From assembly GCF_006345805.1 (NCBI RefSeq), contig NC_043003.1, forward strand, positions 90,706,001 through 90,770,000: a stretch of 64,000 bases of DNA, read 5' to 3'. Below are positions 50,500 to 64,000 of this stretch, one piece after another. The position numbers and the translations under genes are program-made. The notes under the pieces were generated by a model, which was not told where the DNA came from, searched no databases, and saw nothing but the letters and a program-made list of their open reading frames with translations. How positions within the stretch are numbered: the stretch's first letter is position 1; each line of letters starts with the position of its first letter. Source of the DNA: Octopus sinensis. Taxonomy: Eukaryota.

Positions 50500-50956
50500 T
50501 TACTCACATTTTAGATCCACTGAAAGGTACCTGTGGAACTGTGGAAGGGGTAGGCCCAAGAAGATGTGAGGCAAAGTGGTGAGAAAGAATCTTCAGATGC
50601 TGGGTGTCACTGAGGAAATGGCAAGGGACCGGGACATGTGGCGACTTGCTGTCCTTGATAAGACATGTCTAGCTCAGTAAAATCAGTCTTGCACACATAC
50701 AGGCTTGTCCTTTCAGGTGTTGGTGCCACTTAAAAAGAGCTTGTGCCAGTGCTGCATTAATGCACCTGCACTGGTGCTGCATAAATGCACCCATGCTGAT
50801 GCCACATAAAAGCACCTGACACACTCTGCTAAGCCATAGAAACCATGCCACAACAGACAACTGGAGTCTGGACAGCTCCCCGGTTGGCCAGCTCCAAACC
50901 ATCCAACCCATGCCAGCATGGAGAGTGGACGTTAAAGGATGATGATGATGATGATG
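50500..50956 (+). mobile_element. RTE LINE 3' end
   Basis: C-terminal remnant plus 3'UTR ending CATGCCAGCATGGAGAGTGGACGTTAAAG(GAT)n. Shorter tail-only copies lie at 9845-10087(+), 29680-29830(-), 43350-43520(-) and 45600-45830(+). Confidence 0.8.
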
Positions 50957-51339
50957 AGTGGAAGTGCTATTTATGTTATATTTACGAGATTTGGTTTCCT
51001 TTAAAGGTGATTTAATCTTTAAATTGGTGGTTGTGGTAGTTGGGTGGTTGGGTGGTGTCAGTAGAAATCAAAAGGAAGCAGGAAGAGGAATACAGAAAAA
51101 GTTCAAGAAACATTCTACACAAGATATCTGCTCTTACATGTCAAATGAAACAAACACAAACACAGACTCACTCTCTCTGTCATGGTCTGTCTTTCTAACT
51201 CTATCTCTGTCTTCCTCTTTCACACATACACACACACACATACATATTTTTACGTATATGAACACATGCATTTATGTACATTAACGATAGGCACATAAAC
51301 AGAAATACATGTATGCCACCACATCTCATTACCACACTT

Positions 51340-51632
51340 ATCCTCTAAATCTGAATTTGGCAGAACTGAAAAGTAATGTGACTTAGTATGGAACAAACTG
51401 CTGGAATCAGTTGTTTGTTGTCGGAGCACTGCATCCTTCAAAACTTCCATGCTTCCTGAGATTCGCCAACACTACACCTAATTTTCTCCCCTCCATACAC
51501 ACACAAGCATGTATCTGACTTATACACTGTTCACTTTCCAGACATTTGTACATTACTGCATATGCTTTATATGCACTTTTGACAAGTTGTGGTGCACCTG
51601 AGCACTGTATACAATGATTTCATTATTATTAT
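51340..51632 (+). mobile_element. CR1/L2-type LINE 3' end
   Basis: WNKLLESVVCCRSTASFKTSMLPEIRQHYT*, then a 3'UTR ending GCACTGTATACAATGATTTC(ATT)n. Confidence 0.6.
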
Positions 51633-51859
51633 TAGTGGGGAAAATAAATGAAATTTTATCCTTCAAATTTTATCTCCCTGTGGGCATTGTGCCATGTTTT
51701 TTTTTTTTAGTAAGACACATTAACTCTACAGCATTCAACAGGTTAGCAGTTTTCTTCAATTGAAAAAAGTTTTTAAAAATCAACAAAACAATAATCAGCT
51801 TATAATTAAGAGGTATCTCATTATATATGTTTGTTCTTTCATAGTATTTACCTCCTGAC

Positions 51860-52830
<971 letters not shown>

Positions 52831-53914
52831 CTTCTTTTAAGGCACTTACCACATAATGCACATTTCTGCCAGAAATTTTATTATTATTCCATGAATTGAG
52901 AATGCATTCTCTTGCCTCAGCTCCTTTCAATGAAAGCCTGAAGCTGCAGTGCTCTCGCACAATCTGTCACTGAATCATGTGCACACTCACTTAATGCTGG
53001 CTAAAGCTGACCTACATGAAGCCAACACTACACAAAGCCCAGACTGCAAGCTAGGCACACAAGTGACACTGCTTGCTATTTGAGCCCACTCAAATAAGCA
53101 CCTGCTGTCCCTTATACACCACCTCAGATCCCTTCTCCTAGTTGCTATGATCTTTCTGGGCTTGCATCACGTCCTATGCACCTTGCATTCTGCATTCACA
53201 ATTTTGAATGTCCTTTAATTTTTGCATAGAGCACATTTTTTCAATTTTTCCTATTATCATGCATATTTTTTTCTTTTTCACAAACTAAGAGGGAAAGTGA
53301 TGAACAAATTGGTTCCTGGATTCTTAGGCAGGATTCAAACCCAGTCTAGATTTTTCTGAGTCCCTTTCTATCATTCTTGGCATTTGCACTAAGAAATTTA
53401 TGAGTCAAATGTCATATTTAGATTAGATTTCTATTGTTTCCAGAAGATTCTAAGGTTAAATTCACTTTAGACCAGATAACAGACAAAAATCCTTTGTTTA
53501 ACTTGATTTAATTTAAGTAGGAAAATATTATGAATAAAAAACCCAATGTCTATTGTTTCTATTTCACTCAACATTGCTCTTTTACCTGGTGCCTGGCCAA
53601 AGGAGCACTTCACACATGACATGTCATTGAGCAAACATTCAATTTTCACCCTCTCTGCTTGTCAACCCAGAAAGATCTTGTTTTCTTCTCAGGATGTGCT
53701 TACTACCGTATCTTTTCTCTTCCTGTACTCATACACTAGGTAAAAAGGAAGTGTATTAAAGTTGCTGCCACTTCATATAATAATCCCTACCAAGCCTACA
53801 GCTCTCCCAGGCAGACATTCTAACTAGAACCTAAAATCAATTACTCCCAGTATGGTCTTCCTGTGTGTTTCTTCAAGATCTTGGGTCTTTCTATGATCCA
53901 ATACACAATTTCTA

Positions 53915-55077
53915 TCAGGTCATTAAGAATGAAATGTCTGATTTTCTTATGCACCAAGTTTGACACTCATTTATCCTAGTGTTTTATCCTGACGATTCTT
54001 TGTTTTACAACATTGAAGAGTTACATCATCACTTTTCAAAATGCAGTTCATGGTGTCTGATTATATTTTTCTCTTGTAAATCAATTTTTGTAAACCTATG
54101 GATAAATTAAAAACTGTTCTTTGCTGAAATGGCATAAAAGTGAACCATTTTTGCATCATATTGTTATGTGATGAAAACGGGATTCTTTTCAACAATAGTA
54201 AGTATTCTACACATTGGTTGGATAGAGACGAAGTCCCAAAAAAGAATATTTGCCAAAAAAGCTAATGGTGTCTGTTTGGTGATCCAGCGCTGGTATCATC
54301 CACTACAGCTTCATGAGACCTGGTAAGTCAATTACAGTGGATGTCTACATCAACTAAATGGATGAAATGAAGAGTGACCTTGCAATTAAACAACCGAGAT
54401 TGGTCAATAGAGATAGGCCAATTCTCTTGCAAGAAAATGCTTGACCATATTTTGCACAAAGAATGCTACTCAAGTTACAGGAACTGAATTTGGAAGTATT
54501 CTGTCATCCACCATATTCACCAGACCTTGCACCAACTGACTATCATGTTTTACAGGCATTTTTTGAAAGGATAAAACTTCAAATCTGAAGACAATGCAAA
54601 AACAGCCTTTCGTGATTTCATCACCTCTTGCTCTCCAGGATTCTTTGCTGCCAGCATCAATAAGCTACTGATAAAATGGCAAAATTGTGTTGATAATTTA
54701 GGTACATACTTTGATTAGCTGCATTGCTTTTCGTTGAAATAAAGTGAAATAAACTTTCGGTTCTGTTGTGATTTTAGTTTTGATCACGTGATTTTGATTG
54801 TCTCGATTGCTGCTATTTGCCTGCAGTGCGGCTGTGCGGAGTTCTGTTCTGTTTGCAGCACGACGTGTTCAGTGTTGGTTTTAGGTAGTTGAGAATGTAG
54901 CAACTCGCTGCATAAAAATGCTATTGCGTTGAAGTTTGGTTTTGCTTACAGTTTAGCAATCTTTGTTTGTATTGTAGATTGCTGTAGTTTTAGTTGATTA
55001 AAACCTTTTAAACTTTGATATTCGAGTTTGGGTTTATAACAAGTTCAAAAGCGAATATTTCATTCTTAATGACCTGA
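53915..55077 (+). mobile_element. Mariner-type element, internally deleted and decayed
   Basis: Perfect 21-bp TIR TCAGGTCATTAAGAATGAAAT with flanking TA. Remnant peptides include EPFLHHIVMCDE, PILLQENA, HPPYSPDLAPTDYH and KWQNCVDNLGTYFD* (54130-54718). Confidence 0.9.
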
Positions 55078-55344
55078 TAGATAGACATTGGTCCTATGTC
55101 AGGTTCATCCATTCATTTGATGGGTTTCAGCTATGTCCTAACCAGCCTAGCATGATGGTGTACCAGTTTAGTTACCAACAGCCCATCCATGTAACAAGTG
55201 GTACGGATTACATGTTACTAGTAGCCTTCAAAGTGATCTGACGTAAAAAAAGAACACATACACATATCTATGTACACACACCCACTCAAAAACATTTAAA
55301 CACTCTCACACACACTCACACACACATATTTGTGTGGTTGTGTA

Positions 55345-55571
55345 TATATGCATATTCTTTTATTCTTTTACTTGTTTCAGTCATTTGACTGCGACCATGC
55401 TGCAGCAGCATTTAAAGGATTTAATCAAAGAAATTGACCCCAGGACATATTCGTTTTAAGCCTAGTGTTTATTCTATCGGTCTCTTTTGATGAACCACTA
55501 AGTTACTGGGACATAAACACGCCAGCATTGGTTGTCAAGTAATGGCAGGGGACAAACACACACACACACAA

Positions 55572-55625
<54 letters not shown>

Positions 55626-55775
55626 GCAACAGGCTTCTTTCAGTTTTCGTCTACCAAATCCATTCACAATGCTTTGGTCAACCCAAAGCTAAAGTAGAAG
55701 TCACTTGCCCAAGGGCCATGCAGTGAAACTGAACCCAGAACGATGTGATTGAGAAGCAAGCTTCTTACCACACAC
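55345..55775 (-). mobile_element. SINE family B
   Basis: Reverse complement with all modules. Confidence 0.85.
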
Positions 55776-56326
55776 CCATGCATGTAAACATTGCGTAGGT
55801 CTTGAGAATCGCAATAAGGTTTGAAACTCAATAAAGTCTGTTCATTACTTTTTTGACTGATAGAATAAGTACTAGGCTTACAAAGAATAAGTCCTGGGGT
55901 CAATTTGCTCGACTAAAGGCAGTGCTTCAGCATGGCCACAGTCAAATGACTGAAATAAGTAAAAGAGTATAGTTTTTATATTAATGTTGGAAACAGCACA
56001 TGGATCCTTTTCTGTTTTAAAACAAAACTAAATAAAAGTTTCAAATTTTGGCACAAGGCCAACAGTTTTGGGGGAGAGATCGACCTCAGTGCTCAATTGG
56101 TACCTATTTTATTGACCCCCAAAAGGATGAAAGGCAAAGCTGACTTCAGCAGAATTTGAACTCAGAATGTATAAACAGGCGAAATGATGCTAAGCATTCT
56201 GCCCAGTGTGCTAATGGTTTTGCCAGCTTGCTCCTCTAACAAATCTAAATATTAAATCATGATTTGTTGAAGTTACTTAAAGTTTATTAGGAAATTCTTA
56301 AAACAGAAGGTAAAGTTTTTCATCCT

Positions 56327-56384
<58 letters not shown>

Positions 56385-56526
56385 TCTCTCACACACACAC
56401 ACACGAATAATGTGTCTGAATAGCAAAATGTTTCCCATGCAGCAAAAGTTGATTTACTGACAGAGAACCAAACCACCATATAACTTTTTTTCATTCATTT
56501 TTGTTCATTTTATTTTGCTTTATCAC

Positions 56527-56586
<60 letters not shown>

Positions 56587-57081
56587 CATCATCATCATCA
56601 TCATCATCATCGCTTTTATGTCAACATGTATAAGATATAGAATAAATGATAAATCTGCTTTACCAATCTGCTTGTTGTCTGCAGGTTACTTTCCAAGAAA
56701 AGATTTGCTTACCATTCCTCACAGCTAAATAAAATATAGCAATTTAGAATTTGTTTTATTTGAATATCTACTAGGAATTGTTGAGGCCTTTTTTTTTTAT
56801 TATATAATACACTAAAGGTTTAGCTGTTGTATGTTGGTTAACTTTAGAAGAATATTTTTATCATCATGGGTTACATCAGAAAATATGGCATACATACAAT
56901 AATTATCATTTCATCATCATCATTATTGTCATTTAATGTCCGCTTTCCATGCTGGCATGCACTGGATGGTTTGACTGAGAAATGGCAAGCTGGGAGGCTG
57001 CACCAGGCCCTAATCTGATTTGGCAAGGTCTTGCTACCACTGGATGCCCTTCCTAACACCAACCACTCTGAGAGTGTAGTG

Positions 57082-57400
57082 AGTACTTTTTATGTGTCAC
57101 CAGCACAAGAGCCAGTCAGGCAGCACTGGCATCAGCCATGCTCACATGGTGCTTTTTACATGCCACTGGCACAGGTGCCAGTCAAGCGGAACTGGCATCA
57201 GCCACACTTGAATTGTGCATTTTATGTGCCACTGGCACAGGTACCAGTCAGGTGGCACTGGTATTGGCCATGCTTGAATGGTGCTTTTTACATGCCACTG
57301 GCATGGGTGCCAGTCAGGTGGCACTGGCATCGACCCCACTTAAATGCTGTTTTTTATGTGCCACTGGTACAGGTGCCAGTCAGGCAGCACTGGCATCAGC
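57082..57400. repeat. 66-bp GC-rich tandem repeat (5 units) in an RTE 3'UTR
   Basis: Units start at ~57082, 57149, 57215, 57281 and 57346. Each contains GTGCCACTGGCAC and GTGCCAGTCAGG..CACTGGCAT. Confidence 0.9.
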
Positions 57401-59218
57401 GACAAGTATGATTTTGCTTGGTTCAACAGGTCTTCACAAGCACACCATATCGCTCAACGATTGACAGGTGCTTTTAAACGAGCCAGTTATGCAACACTGG
57501 CATCAGCCATGACTATGATCTCACTTGGCTTGCAAGGTCTACTCAAGCATGAAGGTCTTGGTTGCTTGTCATTGACTCTGTGAGGCCCAATATTCGAAGG
57601 TTGTGCTTCACCACCTCATCCCATATCTTCCTGGGTCTACCTCTTCCACAAGTTCCCTCCACTGTTAGAGGGTGTCACTTCTTCACACAGCTGTCCTCAT
57701 CCATACGCATCACATGACCATACCAGTGCAGTCCTCTTTTTTGCCCACCACATCTGATGTGTCTTATGTCCAACTTCTCTCTCAGGGCACTTACACTCTG
57801 TCATGTATGCACACTGACATTACACATCCATTAGAGCATACCCGCTTCATTTCTTTCAAGCTTATGTATGTTGTCAGCAGTCACAGCCCATGTTTCACTG
57901 CTGTGTACCATGGCTGTTTGCACATACGCATCAAACAGTCTACCTTTCACTCTAAGCAAGAGGCTCTTTGCTATAGCAGAGGTAGGAGCTCTCTGACATT
58001 TGCCTAACCAATTCTTATTCTAGCAACTACACTCTCAGAGTATCTACCCTCACTACTGACTTGGTCACCTAGGTGACAGAAGCTATCAACTAAATCTAAT
58101 CTTTTTCCTTGGTGTGTGATGGAATCTATTTTCTGTACATTTTTGGTGTTTATTGCACCTGTGCATCTGCCACACACAAAAACTATCTTCCCAGTTAACC
58201 TTATGTGTCCATAGCTTACACAAAATACATCTTGTGGACTTTCTACCTATGCCTTTTCTACAGATCGAGTATGGCCCTGAAGGGATTTGTGATTTGTCCG
58301 CCTTATTATTTACTAAAACTTTGGTTTTTGCTAGGTTAACTCAATTGTAGACCTTGCTTCTACACCTGAAACTTCTCTAGTTCTGGTAGTGACTCAGCTA
58401 TTAGAGCAAGGTCATCAGCATAGAGGAGCTCCCAGGGGTGGCTTGTCTTGAATTCCTCTGTTATTGCTTGGAGAACTATGATAAACAAGAAAGATCAGAG
58501 GATTGATCCTTGGTGAACCCCTACTTCTACCCAGAATTCTTTGCTCTACTCATTGCCAACCCTCACCTTACTCACAGCATCCCTGTACATGACTTGTACA
58601 GCTCTCATCAACCACTCAGCTATCCCTAGTTTCCACATTGACCACCAAATAAGGGATTAGTGGGGGGTCCCTGTCAAAGGCTTTCTCCAAGTCAAGAAAA
58701 GCCAAATACAGAGGTTTATCTTTGGATAGGAATTTTTCTTGCAGCTGTCTTACCAGAAATATAGCATCAGTGGTGCTTCTCTTTGGCACAAACCCAAAGT
58801 GCATCTCATCTAAACTATCACCCTAATTAGTTGGACTATGATCCTCTCCATGACTTTCATCACCTGATCCCACAATTTGATGCCTCTGTAATTATTTTTA
58901 TCTAAGATGTCACCTTTACTTTGTAGCAGTTTGTGCTGCTACACCAATCATTGGGTATGATTGTATCACTTGATTAACTATACAGATCACTAGAATATAG
59001 CCTACACCACCAGATATTTTAAGTATCTCAGCAGTAATTCTTGATGGGCTGGAGGCTTTCGCTGTCTTCATACCTATATCTGCTTTATCTACCAAGGTAC
59101 AGTCAATTCGGATGGCTGTCCCCTCTGTTGGGTCAATATGTGGCATACTTTCTTTCTCCCATTCATTCTCTTCATTTAGCAACCTTTCATAGTGACATTT
59201 CCAACTCTCTCTCTCTTT

Positions 59219-60277
59219 GCATCATCATCATCATCATCATCATCATCGTTGTCGTTTAACGTTCGCTTTCCATGCTGGCATGGGTTGGAGTTTGACTGAG
59301 GGCTGGCAAGACAGAAGGCTGCATCAGGCTCCAATCCGATTTAGCAACGTTTCTACAGCTGGATGCCCTTCCTAATGCCAACCACTCCACACTTGAATGG
59401 TGTTTTTTATGTGCCACTGGCATGGGAGCCAGTCAGGTGGGACTGGCAATGACCATACTCGAATGGTGCTTTTTATGTGCCACTGATACAGGACCAGTCA
59501 GCTGGCACTGGCATCGACCATGCTCAAATGGTGCATTTTACGTGCCACTGGCATGGGTGTCAATCAGGAGGTACTGTCATCGGCCATGAAAATAACTTCA
59601 CTTGATTCAACAGGTCTTTGCAAGCACAGTTTATTGCCAAATGATTGAAGGGTACTCTTAAATGGGCTGGTTATGCTGCACTGGCATAGGCCACAGTTAC
59701 AGTCTCACTTGGCTTGCCAGGTCTTCTCAAGCACAGCATATCTCCAAAGATCTCGGTCGCTTGTCATTGCCTCCGTGATGCCCAACATTCAAAGGTCATG
59801 CTTCACCACCCCATCCCAGGTCTTCCTGGGGCTACTTCTTCCACAGGCTCCCTCTACTACTAAGATGTGACACTTTTTCACACAGCTGTCCTCATCCATA
59901 TGCAACACATGACCATACCAATGCAGTTGTCTCTCTTGCACACTACATCTGATGCTTCTTATGTCCAACTTTTCTCTCAGGACGTTTACACTCTGTCGTG
60001 TATGCACACTGACATTACACATCTAGCAGAATATACTAACTTCATTCCTTGCATGTCCTCAGCAGTTACATTTCACTGCCATGTTTCACTGCCATGTAGC
60101 ATGGCTATTCGCACACATGCGTCATACAGTCTACCTTTTACTCTGAGCGAGAGGCCCTTTGTTACCAGCAGAGCCCTCTGAACTTTGCTCAGGCTATTCT
60201 TGTTCTAATAGCTAAACTCTCAGGGCATCCATCCCTGCTACTGTTTTGGTCACCTCAGTAACAGAAGCTATCAACTA
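59219..60277 (-). mobile_element. 5'-truncated RTE LINE nested in a same-family copy
   Basis: It has its own (GAT)n tail at 59219-59250, a 3'UTR and the C-terminal LHWYGHVLHMDEDSCVKKC. The host element resumes on both sides. Confidence 0.85.
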
Positions 60278-61497
60278 CTTGTGGTTTTTCCCCATCCATG
60301 TAAATATATTTCTCTCCGATGACATCGTAATTTTCTCTCACACACTGTCTTGCAATTCAAAACACCTCAAGTCTTTGGTCCTCACAACACAGAACATTGG
60401 CAAATTTCTTATCTGCTTCCCCTCTGAGTAAGTAAACCTGTCTCCTACCTTCCCTTCTGGCTATCTGATACAGTTCCCTGCTACCACCACACTTCTAGTC
60501 CTTCCATGCCTGTTTCTTTTCCCTAATGGCTCTGTCATCTACATTGTTTCTCCACCATGTCACCTTGGGTCAAGAGGGGACTCTGCACCAGCAACAGATC
60601 TGGTTTGTAGCCCTCAACAGGTTGTCCTGTAGGAACTTCCAGTTATCCACCACATTATGTGATGCTATACCCTCCTCTTTTTTGTCAAAATCTTCAAGTA
60701 TACATCTCTAAATCTCTATCCATTCAGAGGGTCCTTAAGCTTCCAGACCCTTCTTTTCCATATTGGTTGTCTTCTGGGCAGCATTTAGCCCTGATCCTGA
60801 AGTTGCTAACTATTAACCTATGTTGTGGGGTACATTCTTCACTTGGGAAAGTTTTGGCATTTATAAGTAGCCATCTTTCTCATTTCCTGGTGAGAATGTA
60901 GTCAATCTGACTAGTGTACCCACCAGACTGGTAGGTCAACAGGTGACTAGTAGGTTTCCTGAAGTTAGTATTAAAGATCATAAGATCATTTGCATCACAG
61001 AACTCCAGCAACCTGGTTCTCTCCTCATTGCAGGAACCAAATCCATTGCCACTATGCACACCATGGAAGCTCCCCAGATGATGTCCAACATGCGCATTGA
61101 AGTCGCCATCCACAAAGAGAAAGTCCCTGTCATTCATTGACAAGGTAGTCTGCAAGAAGGTGTCATAAAATAGATCTTTCTGTTCATCAGGTAGCCCTGG
61201 CTGAGAGGCATAGGCCAAGATAATGTTGCAGCACTAATCTAAGCTTTAGTATTCTATCACAGACTCTGACTATCTTGATTACATTATCAACCCATTTCTC
61301 AGCTAAGAGTATACCCATTCCCCCAACCCCATCAACTTTTATTAATTTTCTTGGTACTTATTACAAAACATTTAAATGAATACTAATTTTTAAAAGAAAA
61401 ATATTTATTACCTTATAATAAAATTAGATAACACAAATTTCTCATTTGTATATTTTCAATAAATATATGTTATTTTTGGAAATTTTATCAACATAGG

Positions 61498-61616
61498 TAT
61501 AGGTGTGGCTAGCCCCTCTGCATGACACCTTAGGCAAGTATTTTCTACTATAGCCTCAGGCTGACCAAGCCATGTGATTGGGTTTGGTGGATAGAAACTG
61601 AAAGAAGCTTGTTGTG

Positions 61617-61655
<39 letters not shown>

Positions 61656-62200
61656 ATATGTATGTATATATTTGTGTATGTGTCTTTATGTCTGTGTTTG
61701 CTCCCCATCACCGCTTGACAACCAGTGTTGGTGTGTTTATGTCCCTGCAATTTAGCGGTTCAGTAAAACAGACTGATAGAATAAGTACTAGGCTTTAAAA
61801 AGTAAGTCCTGGTTGATTTGTTTGACTAAAAACCTTTCAAAGAGGTGCTCCAGCATGGTCACAGTCAAATGACTGAAACAAGTAAAAGAATAAAAGAATA
61901 ATTGATGCAGGCATGGCTGTGTGGTAAGAACATTGCTTCCCAATCACATGGTTCTAAGTTCAGTCCCACTGCATGGCACCTTGGGCAAGTGTCTTCTATA
62001 GTCTCGGGCTGACCAAAGCTTTCTGAATGGTAGACAGAAACTGAAAAAAGCCCATCATGTGTATGTGTGTGCGTGCATGTGTGTGTGTGTGTGTGTGTAT
62101 GTGTGTGTGCGTGCATGCATGTGTGTGAGTGTATGTGTGTATGTGTGTGTGTGTGTGTGACTCTGTGTTTGCTCCCCAGTACTGCTTCACAACTGGTTTA
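61498..62200 (+). mobile_element. Two tandem SINE family B copies (61498-61900, 61903-62200)
   Basis: The second head GCAGGCATGGCTGTGTGGTAAG begins immediately after the (AAAGAAT)n tail of the first. Confidence 0.85.
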
Positions 62201-62575
62201 TTATCATTGTTATTGTAGTTATCATCATCATCATTGTCCTCCTCCTCCTCTTTATCGTTCCCATTATTAATATTTTAATTGGCACCAAACAAAATGGGGA
62301 ATGAAATCCTTTTGTATTCCAAGGCCAAATCTTGCTGAAGGTCAACTTTGGCTTTTGTCCTTTCAGGATCATTAATATAAGTAGCAGACAAAGTATTGGA
62401 GTCAATTAAACTGACCACTCCCCTGTTCTGTGAATTCAGGATAGTGTGCCATTGGCAGAAACCATAGTAGTGGTGACAGTGGTGGTGGTGGTAGTGGTGG
62501 TGTTAGGGTAGTGAGGATGGTGATGATGGTGGTGCTGGTGATGACAATAGTAATAAGGTGGAGAAGGAAAAAAAT

Positions 62576-62673
62576 AGAAGAAGAAGAAGAAGAAGAAGAA
62601 GAAGACGAAGACGAAGAAGAAGAAGAAGAAGAAGAAGAAGAAGAAGAAGAAGAAGAAGAAGAAGAAGAAGAAG

Positions 62674-62703
<30 letters not shown>
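62576..62703. repeat. (GAA)n microsatellite
   Basis: Direct reading. Other long simple repeats: (CTA)n 42243-42316, (GTA)n 43187-43245, (TATG)n 11762-11945 and 19518-19587, (TAA)n 46250-46385 and 62880-63205, plus many (TA)n/(CA)n. Confidence 0.98.
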
Positions 62704-62705
<2 letters not shown>

Positions 62706-62883
62706 GAAAGTTGATGGTGATGATAATGAATAAATAAATATAAATAGATTGATTAAGAAATGAAATCTACCTACAAATGCTTATCTGCAGTGCGTAGATA
62801 TACTAACCAACAACCTAATCCAGGCCTTCTATTTTTACTTGCAACTTCAGTTGTTGCAGTACTAGCTTTGCTTATGGTAAGCA

Positions 62884-62932
<49 letters not shown>

Positions 62933-63142
62933 TAAATAAATAAATAAATAAAAGCCTAGTTAATACGAAGCCCATTCAGCTATGTTGTAGCCAGCAGTAC
63001 ACCTACATACATCACTGCATTTACATTCCAGACTCTCTTTGAAATAACACCAACTACGACAAGAACAGTAATAATAATGATGAAAATAATGATGATCAAG
63101 ATAATACCAATAATAATGATAATAAAAATAATAATGATGATG

Positions 63143-63188
<46 letters not shown>

Positions 63189-64000
63189 TAATAATAATAA
63201 TAATTGAAGACACACAAGATATCAAAATATCGTTCACTAGATAACAATGGCACTCGTCTTTTAATAATAATAATCCTTTCTACTATAGGCACAAGGCCTG
63301 GATTTTGTGGAGAGGGGGACAGTTGATCGCATCAACCCCAGTACTCAACTGGTACTTGATTTATCGACCCCGAAAGGATGAAAGGCAAAGTTGACCTTGG
63401 TGGAATTTGAAATCAGAACGTAGTAGCAGACAAAATACCACTAAGCATTTTGCCTGGTATGCTAACGATTCTGCCAGCTCACTGCCTAATAATGATAATA
63501 ATAATAAATGCCCTGATGCAGTACCAGGCAGTGGTATCATGTACATTGTTTTGTCTTGGTATAAAAGATGGGCTACAGCAAATATTCTGCTCAATACCAC
63601 AGATTTACATGTCAGTTGTTTGACCTTAACCAGTTGAATATGTCCTTTGGTGGCTGACGCTATGTGCATCTCTGATCCCAACTAGAAGTATTGGGAAGCA
63701 TGATAACCATATGTCGAGAGGAATTCTATGGAGTTTGAATAATTCACCTCTGGAAACATGGATGTTTCACTCAATATCCTTAAACAAGCTTTATTCAGGG
63801 ACCATTTGAGTGGAACAGGCTACTCGACCTGAAGAAAATTTCAACTGGGTACCACCTGCAAGGTCATGTGCTGTTTATCTTGATATGAAATTACCATGTT
63901 GTGCATATATAGTTGTGATGCATGTGCCTGGTGTACCCTTATCAGATGGGTAGTTATGATGGGTATACTGGGCTTCGTATATTTGTACCCCAGCGTCACT

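Larger units (their letters stand above)
56905..61300 (-). mobile_element. Near full-length decayed RTE-clade LINE, interrupted by a nested copy at 59219-60277
   Basis: APE endonuclease remnant AYASQPGLPDEQKDLFYD...GDFNAHVG...QIDYILTRK (60880-61218). RT remnant FGFVPKRSTTDAIFLVRQLQEK...AFLDLEKAFD (58616-58804). 3'UTR ends in a (GAT)n tail near 56910. Confidence 0.9.

Noticed and set aside
57082-57400. Palindromic repeats resembling CRISPR repeats
   Set aside because: The inter-palindrome sequence is itself repeated and the array lies inside a LINE 3'UTR.
62511-62714. Poly-Glu ORF
   Set aside because: It is a (GAA)n microsatellite.
62950-63260. Possible R4/Dong LINE C-terminal scraps within (TAA)n
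   Set aside because: Similarity is too weak to support without a database search.

Overview
This is AT-rich, microsatellite-dense eukaryotic non-coding DNA (intronic or intergenic). The repeat content resembles what I recognise from cephalopod (Octopus-like) genomes, which is an inference. I cannot confidently annotate any host protein-coding gene, rRNA, genuine tRNA or CRISPR array. Almost all listed ORFs are microsatellite artefacts or decayed transposon fragments. The window holds: a ~4-kb 47-bp satellite; many tRNA-derived SINEs; degraded RTE-clade LINEs (one nested in another); CR1- and HERO-like LINE ends; a near-complete Tc1-like element with DD36E spacing; mariner, Tc1 and pogo remnants; several non-autonomous Helitrons; piggyBac- and hAT-like MITEs; and a solo LTR. 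The most notable signal is a set of hammerhead-ribozyme (HHR) motifs of the Penelope/retrozyme type. One has an intact type I core centred inside a 95-bp inverted repeat (49.2 kb, minus strand). A tandem pair 680 nt apart has unusually long, structurally conserved stem II arms (39.85/40.54 kb). All folds were read by eye and are untested.
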